DNA of 64,000 nt from Octopus vulgaris (taxonomy: Eukaryota), in assembly GCA_951406725.2 (NCBI GenBank), contig OX597820.1, positions 95,294,001-95,358,000 of the forward strand. Reading direction: 5' to 3'. The notes beneath the pieces were generated by a model. The model was not told the origin of the DNA. It made no database searches and saw only the letters and a list, made by a program, of their open reading frames with translations. Below, piece after piece: positions 40,465 through 53,774 of this stretch; position 1 is the first letter of the stretch, and every line of letters starts with the position of its first letter. The position numbers and the translations under genes were made by a program.

Positions 40465-40509
40465 TGTCGCTGAAGAGGTCACAGATGTGTGACGAAAGAT
40501 TTCCAGACA
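40465..40509 (+). ncRNA. Minimal type I hammerhead ribozyme motif
   Basis: TGTCG-CTGAAGA-G-GTCACA(gatg)TGTGAC-GAA-AGATTT-C-CAGACA. Confidence 0.6.
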
Positions 40510-40881
40510 ATGGACATGAGTTAAAACAAGAACAGTAATAAACGAGTGAAAGATGAATATATAGTGCATGTATTTATTTGGCAAAAAAAAAAAAGAACAA
40601 AATCTGTTTCAACACACATCAGGTTTCACATCAGGAATCTTCCAACACAAATTCATAAACGCATATATATGCATACTTACAGATTCATATATACTCAGAT
40701 GTATATAGATTTGTGCATACACACCTAAATAATTATGATTTTATTAATATCTCTCTCTCTCTATATGTATGTATGTATGTATATATGTATGTTCGATTCA
40801 CGGCAGCGCGTAGTGTTCTTGAGCAAGAGACTTTATTTCACGTCGCCCCAGTCCACTTAACTGTAAATAAATGAGTACTAA

Positions 40882-41267
40882 CTCTCTTTTACTCTTTACT
40901 CTTTTACTTGTTTCAGTCATTTGACTGTGGCCATGCTGGAGCACCGCCTTTAATCGAGCAAATCGACCCCAGTACTTATTCTATCGGTCTCTTTTGCCGA
41001 ACCGCTAAGTAACGGGGACATAAACACACCAGCATCGGTTGTCAAGCAATGCTAGGGGGACAAACACAGACACACAAACACACACACGCATATATATATA
41101 TATACGACGGGCTTCTTTCAGTTTCCGTCTACCAAATCCACTCACAAGGCTTTGGTCGGCCCGAGGTTATAGTAGAAGACACTTGCCCAAGATGCCACGC
41201 AGTGGGACTGAACCCGGAACCATGTGGTTGGTAAACAAGCTACTTACCACACAGCCACTCCTGCGCC
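40882..41267 (-). mobile_element. tRNA-headed SINE nested in an older SINE (40790-41445)
   Basis: Full copy of the 51282 family. Its flanks join into the 20897-21190-type SINE. Confidence 0.82.
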
Positions 41268-41853
41268 TTGTATTTTAAATGTCCAACCTTGTCACATTTT
41301 GTGTCACGCTGAATCTCCATGAGAAATACGTTAAGGGTATGCATGTCTGTGAAGTGTTCAGCCACTTGCGAGTTAATTTCACAAACAGTCTGTTCCGTTG
41401 ATCGGATCAACTGTAACTCTTATTTTCGTAACAGACGACGTACAAGTTTTTAGGTGTGAATTTGCGTTGAAAGGTTAAAACTTTATATTACTGATCAACG
41501 AATACAAAATATAAAAAAAACCGTAAACCACCAGAATAATCAATGACGGAGCAGCAATATAATAGGCAATCACTAAACACATGAAGCAAACCAACCTATA
41601 GACAGATGCAAGAGAATACTTGCATCAAATGAATAAGAATATATACCACCATACTGAGTTGTAACACGTCTTGACTCTTGTCACGATATAAACATTACGT
41701 TTCAATGTATGTATGTATGTATGTATGTATGTATGTATGTATGTATGTATGTATGTATGTATGTATGTATGTATGTGTGTATGTATGTATGTATGTATGT
41801 ATGTATTTGTACGTACGAAATGTATAAGTATACAAACACACATGTATGCGTAC

Positions 41854-41909
<56 letters not shown>

Positions 41910-42042
41910 AATTTGTCTCTATCATTTACGCATTTATCATAGTCAGTACTCTTTTCACTCATTTGTAATGAATGATTTATGAAACACTTAAAATTATTTT
42001 CGTGCACCTTTGATTCAATCAGATGTATTTTGTGGAATACGT

Positions 42043-42073
<31 letters not shown>

Positions 42074-42274
42074 TGCGCACGCCCACATACATTTACATAT
42101 GCATAATTATACTTATATATTTACATGCATAGAGATATGATGTATTTGTGAGTAAATATGTATCTACGCATACATATATACCTACATATTTATATAAACA
42201 TATTGATGGATATGTGTATATACATGTGCATATTTATGTGTGTGTGTGAGCGTGTGCGTGTGTGTGTATATATA

Positions 42275-43287
42275 CAGGGGTTGGGCAAAATAATGGAAAC
42301 ACCTTAAAATTTCCAGCAAATTTATTTAAATATGGGGTAGGACCGCCTTTGGCAGTAATTACAGCTTGAATTTTACGAGGTACAAAGTTAGAATTGTTTC
42401 CAAAGCAATTTTTGTCCATTCTTCAGCTAAAACAGTCTCCAGTTCTTGTAGTGATGATGGTGGAGGATATCGACTCCTTACTTGTTTTTCTAAAATGCGC
42501 CATAAATGTTCAATAATATTGAGATATGGGGACTGTGGTGGCCAGATAAGATGTTCCACTTCACTAGAATGTTCCTCGTGTCATTCAGTAACAACTTTAA
42601 CTGTGTGAATTGGTGCATTATCTTCCTGAAAGATTGTATTTCCCTCTGGAAACAGTTCCGCAACCATAAGATGAATTTGATCTGATAAAATGTTTAAATA
42701 GACTTGACTATTAATTCTGGCACGAAGGGAAACCATTAGGCCGGCGAATTTCCAAGATATAGCCCCCTAGATCATCACAGATCCTCCTCCATGTTTAACA
42801 GCTGGAAGAAGGCAGTCTGGGTCAAATGCTTCTTTTGGCTGTCTCCACACGTATACTCGGCCGGTGATTTGAAATAAGGTAAAGGATGACTCGTCTGAGA
42901 AAATAACATTCTTTCACTGCTCTAAGGACCAGTCCTGTAGGTTTTTATTCTACTCTAAACGCTTTGCAACGTTTATTTTTGAAAGTAGTGGTTTTCTGAT
43001 TGCAGCCCTCCCGTGAAATCCGGCTTTGTGCAGCTCCCGGCGAACAGTTTTTGTGGAAACTGGGTTCTCGAGGTGATCATTAAGCTCTGCCGTAATTTTG
43101 GGACCTGAACTTTTGTAATCCTTTCTAACAATTCGCGTAAGAGTCTGACGGTCCCCATCTGAAAGTTTTGGTTTCCTTCCGGGGTTTTGTTTCGACGAGG
43201 AGGTTTTCCCCTCCTTCTCAAAGGCTGTCATTACTTTCGAGACAGTACTTCTTGATACACCAAACATTTCGGCTGTTTTCGTTACGC
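42275..43287 (-). mobile_element. Tc1-family transposon remnant, 5'-truncated
   Basis: TA|CAGGGGTTGGGCAAAATAATGGAAACACC terminus. HTH region GVSRSTVSKV...GRKPKLS and WPPQSPYLNIIEHLW. Disrupted frames. Confidence 0.88.
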
Positions 43288-44992
43288 TATTATTAAGTGT
43301 CTCCTTAATAATATCAGTCATATATATATATATATAATAAAAAGGATATTATATAGTTAATTATTCCGTATGGGGATTATTCCGTATGGGGATCAAGTTA
43401 TGACTAATATTATTAAGGAGACACTTAAAATAGTAAAAATGGTTTTTAAAAAGGACAATAGTTATTCATATATATTTTCCAATAAAGCCATAAGAGTGGG
43501 ATACTCAACATTGAGAAATGTAGGCAATACCATTTCCTCCATAAATAATAAGAAATTAGATAATTATTATAATAGCATAATAAATAATAGCTCTAGCCAT
43601 AATATAACCGATAGTGATAGAAGTCTTAATCAATATATAGAAAAATGTTCAAGTCGTGATAAGACTAAATGTAAGCTCTCTAATAATTGTAATATCGATA
43701 ATGTAATGTATAAATGTATAGTTAGCTCTAAGGACAATAATAATAAAATTATAAATAAGGCTTATATTGGATTAAAAGCTAATGAAATTAAAAAAAAGAA
43801 TATCCCAATACTACCAGACCTTTAAAAATCCCAATTTAAGTAACTTTACAGGCTTAAGTAAATATATATGGGAATTAAAATCTAGAAAAAGAGAGTACTC
43901 CCTTAATTGGAGTATTATAGGTAGAGCCCACTCCTATAATATTATTATGCTTAACTGAATTTATGAAACTACTACAGTCTAGAGATGAATTACTAAACAT
44001 ACATGATGAACGAATAGTTAAATGTAGGCACCGAAGTAATTTTACGTTTAGTAAAATGAAGTACTGAACCCCCAACCCTGAATCAAATAACCACATAATT
44101 TTATTTCTAAAGCACTTGAATAGACTATATAAATAAATAAAAAAATAATAAAATAATGCAATAATTTAAATAAAATAAATATATGAATTAAATATTACTA
44201 AAATTATATAATAGCAAATTATATATACCTCCCATTATAGGTAAATTTGAAAATAATAATAGAGGATAATTTAAAATTAAAACTATGTATAGTGTAATTA
44301 CTCCCCTTGGTACTAATCACCTATAAATACCTATAGTTCTTTGCTATCTTCTTCCTCAAATTACCATTTTAGCACCAGCAAATAAAGGAAGATATGTATT
44401 TGAATTTTTCTTGTTATATAAAACATTTAAACACAAACATTTTTATTCTGATGTTTAATCTTATACCTCACATTTTGTATTTGACATATACTTGATTTTA
44501 CATGATTGATATATATACTAATTCATATTTATAATTTCATATTCATAATTTTTATTCTTAATTTTTTAATTCTTAATTTTTAATCTTTAATGCTTGATTG
44601 TATTGCTTATTTTTAAAGGGATGTAAAATTGAATATATAATATTTTGAAATAGATCCTGAAGATGCGTTGGAATAATTGTAAATCTGACGATTGCACATA
44701 TGTATTTATATATGTATATATATATAGATATACAGTTGTGTATATGTATATATATAATTTTAAATTATCCGAAACACGTGTAGTTCCTTCATATTTAATA
44801 AATATAAGTATTAACTAAAGTAGGATATAACTAATGAAGTATATTATATACCCTGCTGGTAATTTTGGTTATATCCTTTAAGTATTATTTCGTGATGTAC
44901 AAACTGATACCATGAGTTTACTGTCAGATATACTCATTAGGTTATTTTTGTATTATCTGAAATAGAATATCCGCATATCGATTAATCCTCCA

Positions 44993-45000
<8 letters not shown>
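43288..45000 (+). mobile_element. 5'-truncated Penelope-like element (GIY-YIG region plus pseudo-LTR)
   Basis: IFSNKAIRVGYST..N, C.SR...C.L...C...VMYKC, AYIGL, LSKYIWELK. HHR core at 44657-44782. Confidence 0.72.
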
Positions 45001-45027
<27 letters not shown>

Positions 45028-46143
45028 CGCCATGATAGATCGTTAGCCACTACAAACATTTTTTTCTCTCCTGGTTTTTTTCTGTGTCCCTTTCTGTAGA
45101 AGAGCGTAGGCTCGAAACGTAAAAGACTTTTCTATTCCTGAGTGTTTTACTAATACATCTGTTTGTTTTGTACACCACCTGTCTTCGTCTTTTGTTTTTT
45201 TTCGTAAACTCTCCCTATATATAAATATATACATATTTCTGTCATTATATATATGACATTATGTATATGACATTATGTATATAATCGTATACACACATAT
45301 ACATGTGCGTGCATGCATGTATATATCATATATGTATGAGTATAAGTTGGTGTGTGTACTGTTTAAACAATTTTTTTTTATCAGTCGCAATATTGTTTTT
45401 GGTTGTGTGAAGTAAATACTAAACTTGTATTTATACTAATTCAGTCAGCAATGTCACTCCTCTACCAACTTGTCACTGTCAAAAAGTCAAAAGTCAAAAT
45501 CAAAAACACAAACAAAACAAATAATAAAAATCAAAACAAAATAGTGTATGTACACATAGGCAATTGATATTGTAGATATATATGAGTACATATATGTAAA
45601 TATACATTCATACGCACGCACGCATACACACACACATAACATACAAACCCCCTATCTTTATTTATATATGTAAACGTTTACTTATATATATGTGTGTAAC
45701 TATATATAAATGTACATTCAGGTATACATATAGACATACGAACGCAGGCACACATACTTATATATAGCCAAACGATGGCAGACAACTTTTAATATAATAA
45801 ATATATCTATTCACTGTACCCAACATATTGTGTTCTATAATCAGTCATTGTCTGCGCTATGTAAAAGATATTTTTATATATTTTACAATGATATATTTTA
45901 CTTTATGATACACCCATCCCCCACACAAGTATGCACAAACACACAAGCATGCGCGCGCACACAATGTAGATTTCGGGTTGACTAATCGATTTATTCGACC
46001 AGCGAAGACAATAATTTTTTCGTGTTTATAGTGGTGATTTTTGTAATACCTAGATTAAAAAAATGCAGAAATATTCGAAAACTGTTATGTTATTGATTTA
46101 TAAGATTACTTTTCAAAATACCACCGAAACCCATACAAACTTT

Positions 46144-47045
46144 GGATCTTTACCCTTTGACCGGCAGATTTAGAAAATAATTTTTTTTGTAACTAAACGC
46201 TTTCAAACTTCGTACACTGGTAGAATGTGTCATATAAAACATCTTTTACTCTTAGCGTTTTTGAGAAAACTTTATATTTACGAAGTTATTTCGTGTTAAA
46301 ATTGTCGTATTTCGGTAATTTCAACCAATCAATGACGTGTATTCAGCTGAATAAAATTACAGCCGTTGTTTGTCAACAACAACTTCCAGCGGTGTATATT
46401 TCGTTTGTCACTGTTATTTATGACATATTTCATCTCAGTTACGTTTGTATGAATAAACGAGTGTATCTGAAGCATGTTTACTTCATAGTACCACCATAAT
46501 CATTCATGCATTTCTACTGCTTTTAGTTTTTTTTCCTGTTTTTCAGCTACCCCGACCCCCCCCCAATTTCTTCATTTTTCATTTTTTCCGTAACTCTAAC
46601 TCTAAAATCCCAACCCTAACTCTAACCTTAAAATCTTAACCCTAACCCTAAAACCCTAACCCTAACCCTAAAACCCTAACCCTAACTCTAAAATCCTAAC
46701 CCTAACTCTAAAACCCCAACCCTAACCCTAAAACCTTAACCCTAACCCTAAAACCTTAAAGCTAAAATCAGTACAAACGCACGAACGATGTCATAAATAA
46801 CAGTGACAAACGAAATATACAAACAACGGCAGTAATTTTATTCAGTCGAATAATTTTATTCATTGATTGGTTAAAATTATCGAAATACGAGAATTTTAAC
46901 ACGAAATAACTTCGTAAATATAAAGTTTTCTCAAAAACGCTAAGAGTAAAAGATGTTTTATATGATAAATTCTACCAGTATACGAAGTTTGAAAGTGTTT
47001 AGTTACAAAAAATTATTTTCTAAATCTGCCGGTCAAAAGGTATCC
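46144..47045. mobile_element. Merlin-like non-autonomous element with ~280-bp TIRs and internal telomere-like repeats
   Basis: GGAT...ATCC ends, flanks CAAACTTT/AAAACTTT (7 of 8 match), and a (TAACCC)n variant array at 46591-46758. Confidence 0.8.
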
Positions 47046-47201
47046 AAAACTTTTAATTTATTACGGAGATGTACTTGCATAGCAAGTGACCTAATCTAAG
47101 ATCGTGTGCTGGAACGAAAACAATTGCAGCGATGAAGGTGTTTATAAGCTATTTAAGAAACACACAAAAACCATTAGATTCACTTCAACATTTAAATTTA
47201 A

Positions 47202-47252
47202 TTTGCCAAAATATTTTCGTCGCTTTGAGACAGCGACCTGTTCACTGACAAA
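47202..47252 (-). ncRNA. Minimal type I hammerhead motif with a G3:C8 core
   Basis: TTTGTCA-GTGAACA-G-GTCGC(tgtctcaaa)GCGAC-GAA-AATATT-T-TGGCAAA. Confidence 0.65.
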
Positions 47253-47799
47253 ATTCCGTGCTACTTTTAATTCAATTTCATGGATATTACACTGATGCTA
47301 GATAATTCAATACACCGTCCATATAGAAAACCCTAACGAAAATGAAATACATTAAAACGTTGTCTAACCACCCGAAGAATAGTTATTTATAATTTCGTCC
47401 AAACATACTGAAAATTTCTCCATTATTCCGTAGTGAACCTGTCACATCATTAAAACAAAGTCTTTAAAATGTGGCTACACAGAATAAATCAAATCTTACA
47501 TTGACACAATAAAACTACATCTTAAGAATAGAAATAGGAAAAAGCACATAATCTCACACATTTCACCAAGCAATCTATAAGCAAAACTCCAACAACGGAA
47601 ACAAATAAGCTTTTACAAAAAACATGTTTAACTAACCGTTAGTATTACAAATTGTTAAATAAAAACAAAATAATAATCTCACAATTAATAACAAATGTCA
47701 ACCAAGCAAAATAGAATCACGAAACCGATGGTAAAAATCTAAATAACTGCAACAACAATTATGGAAGCAATTTTCTTTGAAAAATGCCAGGTTAAATAG

Positions 47800-48300
47800 A
47801 TGATTTATTATGCTACTGTCTATGCCAATCCTTCACCACGTTTTCATTTCCATTCTCCGTTAACTCAGTCTGCTTTTCCATCAAATGCTTCCTCTCCAGC
47901 TCCCTAAGACTTTTTCTCATATACTGGGTAAATCGCAATCTCATTCAAAATTAGATGTAATCAACTCAAATCATATTTAATCAATGTTTTCCATTCCATC
48001 TGCAGTGTAGAAAGTGACACTCAATAATCTCTTTGAGTAACAGTCGCAGGATTTGATGTTTTTCCCGAATTCTTTCTTTACAGTAATTGTCTTTTAATGT
48101 TATTTATTCTACAGAGATGAATGATAACGTATTTACCCACTTCAAATGCTTACAGAACATTTGTGTCTCAATGTTCTTCAGATATATGAAGAACGTGAAT
48201 TTTGACATTCATCATTTCATTGACAAGTAATTAAGCTGACATTTATTTTTAAGTCATATCACATTCCATTTAGCGATATGTGTTCCCAAGATATTCTTAC
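47800..48300 (-). mobile_element. Highly decayed RTE-type APE endonuclease fragment
   Basis: Remnant IAKWNV...LLVNEMMNVKIHVLHISEEH* resembles the N-terminal TWNV...GISE.HW motifs. Confidence 0.4.
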
Positions 48301-49074
48301 CATCTTCTCTCTCTACCGAAAGCCTAAGTTTGAGAGCCGTTCAATTAGTTGTACTGTCATTGAGAATAATATGCAAGAAATATGCTTGGGCACAAACGAA
48401 ATCACTTCTCAAAGAGTATATCCAGAGTGGGGTCGGTAACGAGATATCACCTGTGATTTCAAAACATTACTATACTGTGCAATAGCGTAGGGCACTTAGA
48501 TTTAGAATTGCCGTTGTTGAAATATATTCGACTGTCATTTTCAGGTACCCCGAGAATTATGCTTCTGATCAGTACTCTGCAACTCGCCTAGGTTTGATCT
48601 TCCAGACAAGAAGATATACTGAGGTATGATTGGGAACTCTTACACTCTATCTCGCACGCATACACAAACGGATATCAACTAAGAGAACTACACCAGAGTG
48701 GCCAATGGCATGAATTTGTACGCAAGGATGAAGAAAGACTAAATACTTGACTTAATGAATTATCCTCTCTCCGAGAGAAAGCAAACAAACGCCAAGTGGT
48801 AATTACAGCCGTTAACAAATAAGAACGGGAGATAATCTGAATAATGAACAACTCTCCGGAATTAATATGACATTAACAAGAAGAGGGTCTGTTTTTTACT
48901 TTTAGAAACAAGAGGACAGCACCGGACACCTAATTCTACCTAAACAGGGGTCATACATACACACACACATGTATATATTACAAATAATGAGCTATTACTT
49001 GCTGTTTCATATGCAATTGAGCAACTTTGTAAAGAGACTTATTCTCTTACTTTTCAATGCTTAAAAATATATTC

Positions 49075-49114
<40 letters not shown>

Positions 49115-49629
49115 ACACACACACACACACACGCACACACGCATGCACGCACAGTACATCCATACACAACCCAACTACACAATGAAAAATAAAACGAAAC
49201 TAAAGCAACGAAAACAGGCACGCATACGCAGAAATTCACACACACTTATGCTCGGGCTTATCTCCCCAAACTACCAATCTCCTGTGCATTGAAATCTTTT
49301 TTTCTTTTTCTTTCTGACTTCCTGTTATTTGAAATGGAATTGATTTGACAATACACATACGCACTTTTATTTATGAATTTTTCTTGTTTTGTTTTTTAGC
49401 TTCTTCCTTCTTTCGTTTTATCTTTTAATGAAGGTCTTACGTCTGTAACATAACGTCGAATATTGATGAGAAATTGATGACGGCTCGTCAACTACAACGA
49501 ATAATTACTACATCTAATGTAGAAAAAAAAAACCGTGATGAGATTGAAAAGACAAAATAGATAACTATATTTTCTTAAGAAATATTGAATTTCTAAATCT
49601 CTCGTAGAGACCTGTACGGTGGTGGGGCG

Positions 49630-49829
49630 ATAGAATGGTTGTATACTGTCAATCTAACAAGAACGTGACAGTAGGGGTACACCACCGTTGTATAGCCCTA
49701 GGAGGCATCGAACGCCTCCTGACAGCTTCGACACTGTCAGGAGGCGTTCGATGCCTCCTAGGGCTATACAACGGTGTTGTACCCCTACTGTCACGTTCTT
49801 GTTAGATTGACAGTATACAACCATTCTAT
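49630..49829. repeat. Near-perfect hairpin with 96-bp arms and an 8-nt loop
   Basis: 49630-49725 versus 49734-49829, one mismatch seen. Confidence 0.92.
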
Positions 49830-51281
49830 ATTTTCTTAAATCAGTATATTTGCTCTCGTTATTTTACTATCAGAGGTTGTTATAATGTATTTGAGAAAAA
49901 TTTAGATGGATGAATTGTATTTATGAACATGTTATATTACATTTGATGAAGTATCTTTGTTGTATATATTTGTGCCGATATAGGAAAGGATGAAGAGAAT
50001 GTAAAGGGTCTCTGTTTCAATTTGAACTCCGATTGTTTTCTTTCCAATTGGAAGGATTTCTTAAACATAAAGAGGATTTTTAAGAATGAGTAATGATACT
50101 AGAAAAAAATCTGCGAAATAAAATTATATTAAACGCATCCTGGATCGTTGAATGTGGTGACATCCAGGTAGGATGTCACCACAGATATGTCAAGTCAGAT
50201 TTGTTCTGGAGCACAATACAAAAGATCAGATCTGTAGAGAAAGAACAGAGAACTTAGCTGGCAGATAGTGTGAATGTCAGGAACTTAGCGATGTGAGCAG
50301 TGAAGCTCAATCGGCGAATTCTTTCATATGGCAGTCTCCAAGTAACAATGGTCAAATTTTGTGTCTGCCTGTCTGTCTGTCTTTACATATATGCAAAGAT
50401 ACACACAATATATACTTGAATAGTTAGACTTATACAACTCTGTCCAGTTTTCAACTAACTAAGCGAATGACCTGTCCAAAAAAACAAATAGAGAAAGTAT
50501 TACTACAACTAATTGCTTTGTATACGTATGCCAGGGGAGCAAACAGAGAGGAAGAGATAGATAGACAGAGAGTAAGAAAGGGGAAGAGAAATAAGTGAGA
50601 AGAGAGACTAACAGAGAAGACGAAGAGAGAATGAGAGAGTGAGTGAGAGAGAGAGAGAGAGAAAGAAAAAGAGAGAGAAGGAGAGAGTGTGAGAGAATGA
50701 AATGAAAAACTACGAGTTAGAAGATTATACCGGTAATTACAGAGGACGACTACGGATTTCCTTAGCGAAGAATAGACTTCACCGTAACTGATAAGAAAGC
50801 TGTAAAATATTGTACTTGAGCAGGTTTTAAATTCAGTCTATCAAGAGTTTCTGGTGATTATGGCGCTTTATACTATTCGAAATATAATCTTAAAAACTAA
50901 AACTCACTATTAATTTATGTTAATTGATTTTGGAAGTATACAAATGTATAGAAATACGGAAGACGCCTATATATTGTGTTCGGAGACAAATCAGAAATTT
51001 AAAAGCAGTGAAACTTTTGACAACTAGAAAAGAAAAAAAAATGTTTGGGTTTATTTATTTTCTTGGCTGATGGCCTCGATTATTATCAGTGATGTTGATA
51101 AGTGGTTATATTTCTAGCTAAATACAAACAACGTTATCTTACTGTAATTTAAGTATTTTGATGCTTCTATTCAAATGAGACACTCAAAAAGATAAGTATG
51201 AAGCATCTTCTTTGTAGATTTAGCAAAATAAAAAAAAGAAAAGAAAATATAAGGAAAGAAATATAAGAAAAGAAAATATAA

Positions 51282-51690
51282 GGCGCAGGAGTGGCTGTGT
51301 GGTAAGTAGCTTGCTTACCAACCACATGGTTCCGGGTTCAATCCCGCTGCGTGGCATCTTGAACAAGTGTCTTCTGCTATAGCATCGGGCCAACCAAAGC
51401 CTTGTGAGTGGATTTGGTAGACGGAAACTGAAAGAAGCCCGTCGTATATATGTATATATATATATATGTGTGTGTATGTTTGTGTGTCTGTTTTTGTCCC
51501 CCTAGCATTGCTTGACAATCGATGCTGGTGTGTTTACGTCACCGTCACTTAGCGGTTCGGCAAAAAGACCGATAGAATAAGTACTGGGCTTACAAAGAAT
51601 AAGTTCCGGGGTCGATTTGCTCGACTAAAGGCGGTGCTCCAGCATGGCCGCAGTCAAATGACTGAAACAAGTAAAAGAGAGTAAAGAGTA
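51282..51690 (+). mobile_element. Full-length tRNA-headed SINE (CpG-rich copy)
   Basis: A box TGGCTGTGTGG, B box GGTTCAATCCC, and a stem-loop tail followed by (GTAAAGA)n. Confidence 0.9.
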
Positions 51691-53493
51691 AATGACAGTT
51701 TTTACAACGTGTCACAATCAATATATTCTCATTGTTTAAAAAGTAGTTTGAAGTAGTGTTACTTTACCTTAGCTCAATGAAAAATAAAGGAAAATGTACA
51801 AATATCATAACATTCCCATTTCCTTCTCACCTTTAAATACGGAATCTTTGAGATTAGTTATATAGAAAAAAAGCCATAAAGAAAAAAGAGAAGCTAATGG
51901 CTCTATGTCAACGAGAAAGTCTTTAAGGTATCACTTGGCCTTCTGGAGTATCACCCAAATGTCACATTACATAATCTATTATGCTTCAAGAGGAGAGGAC
52001 ATGATTTGTAATGTCATCTTAGATACGCTACGTCTAGACATAGAATGCAGAATAGTCACTGCTGGAATACCCTTGAACGTAGGTCAGCCGATTAAGAGCT
52101 AATATATAATTAAACAGTAACTTTTCTTTTGACCCCCTTCGGTCATGAATGACCATGGGATTGGACCTAGAAAGTTACCCTACGAGGCACAAGTCTGGGC
52201 AAGGTTGTTTATGGAAGACCAGCAGTCGCCCATGCATACCAGCCTCCCCTCTTCAAGGGAAAGGCAAAGGCCGATACAGCTTGGCACCAGTGACGCTGCA
52301 GCTCATTTATTAACATGCAAGTGGCTGAGCATTTCACAGATACGTGTACCCTTAATGTAGTTCTCAGGGAGATTCAGCGTGACACAGAGTGTGACAAAGC
52401 TGGCTCTTGGAAATACAGGTACAACAGAAACAGGAAAACAGAGTGAGAGAAAGTTGTGGTGAAAGCTTTAGATGTTTTTGCTCAATAAACACTCACAATG
52501 CCCGGTCTGGGAATCGAAACCGCGATCCTACGACCGCGAGTCCGCTGCCCTAACCACCGTGCCATTGCGCCTCCACTAAACAGCAACTGTGTTTTCGATA
52601 ATTAATTACCAAAATCTGTGTTGAAACGTTAAGAGGAAATAAGATTTTGTAGCATTTACGAATTTCCCAGTAGATTCAGTGACATTGAAGTGAAATTACT
52701 TCAATGGAGTTTCGAAGCCGTACCGTAATCTCAGATTACCAGAGATCTGTCCCTTGCTCTACAGCGCTCGCTGCGTAGAAGCTAATGATTTTTAATAGTT
52801 ATAACATATAGAAAGCAGAACCAGTAAAGTAAATTTTACCTTCTGACACATAGAATGAATGAACTGATCACAAACCGGAAAAATCTGTTAGTAAGGTAGA
52901 ACTGAAAGCAAGTTTAATGTGTTTGAAGAGTATTGGGTGTTGAACGCAAGATTATTTACGACGTAGACAAGTAATAACAATGACGAAGACCGCCACGAGG
53001 GTCATAATAATGTTTTTAGTGAAACATGATTTTTATTTGCTATTTAATGTTTCAGATATTTTATGGCATTGCGTTCTATGCGTGCGTTTTTCGACATCGC
53101 ATGATTCGTATGATACGGAAATTGGTAACTGATGAATTAGGAATATCTGCAAGGTACAATGCAAAGTTTAGCCATCAGTTGTAATTAACAATACATAGAA
53201 CCTGGACGACAACAAAAGGCACTTCACAATAATACCTTCGTGATCAAGAACCTTGTGAAGTTTTGAAACTGAAAAAGACCAACACATTGAAGAGATTTCT
53301 GAAACATTAGTAATGAATATTTGATGAGTATTCAAACAAGTTCCGCTTTCCTGCTGACGTGTTTCCTATCGTTGGCAAAGTAATAGAAAAGTTGACAAAG
53401 CAACATCATACGAATGGAATAAGCTGCTGTGACCATATTTGCTTTTAATGTTTTGATTGACAGAATTGATCAATACACCTACAAACACACACA

Positions 53494-53534
<41 letters not shown>

Positions 53535-53614
53535 GCACACACGCACGCACACACGCACGCATGCGCACACACACGCATGCACATACACACGCATGCACAC
53601 ACACATATGCCCGT

Positions 53615-53719
53615 GGGCATATGGCGTAGTGGTTAAGAGTACGGGTTACTAACCCTATGATTCCGAGTTCGATTCTAGGCAGTGACCTGAATAATAATGA
53701 TGATGATGATGATGATGAC

Positions 53720-53774
<55 letters not shown>

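Noticed and set aside
46591-46758. True telomere or chromosome fusion site
   Set aside because: The array is short, degenerate, in a single orientation and enclosed by transposon TIRs.
53615-53690. Functional tRNA gene (anticodon ACT)
   Set aside because: There is no complete acceptor stem or terminator and the anticodon is atypical, so it is treated as a SINE head.
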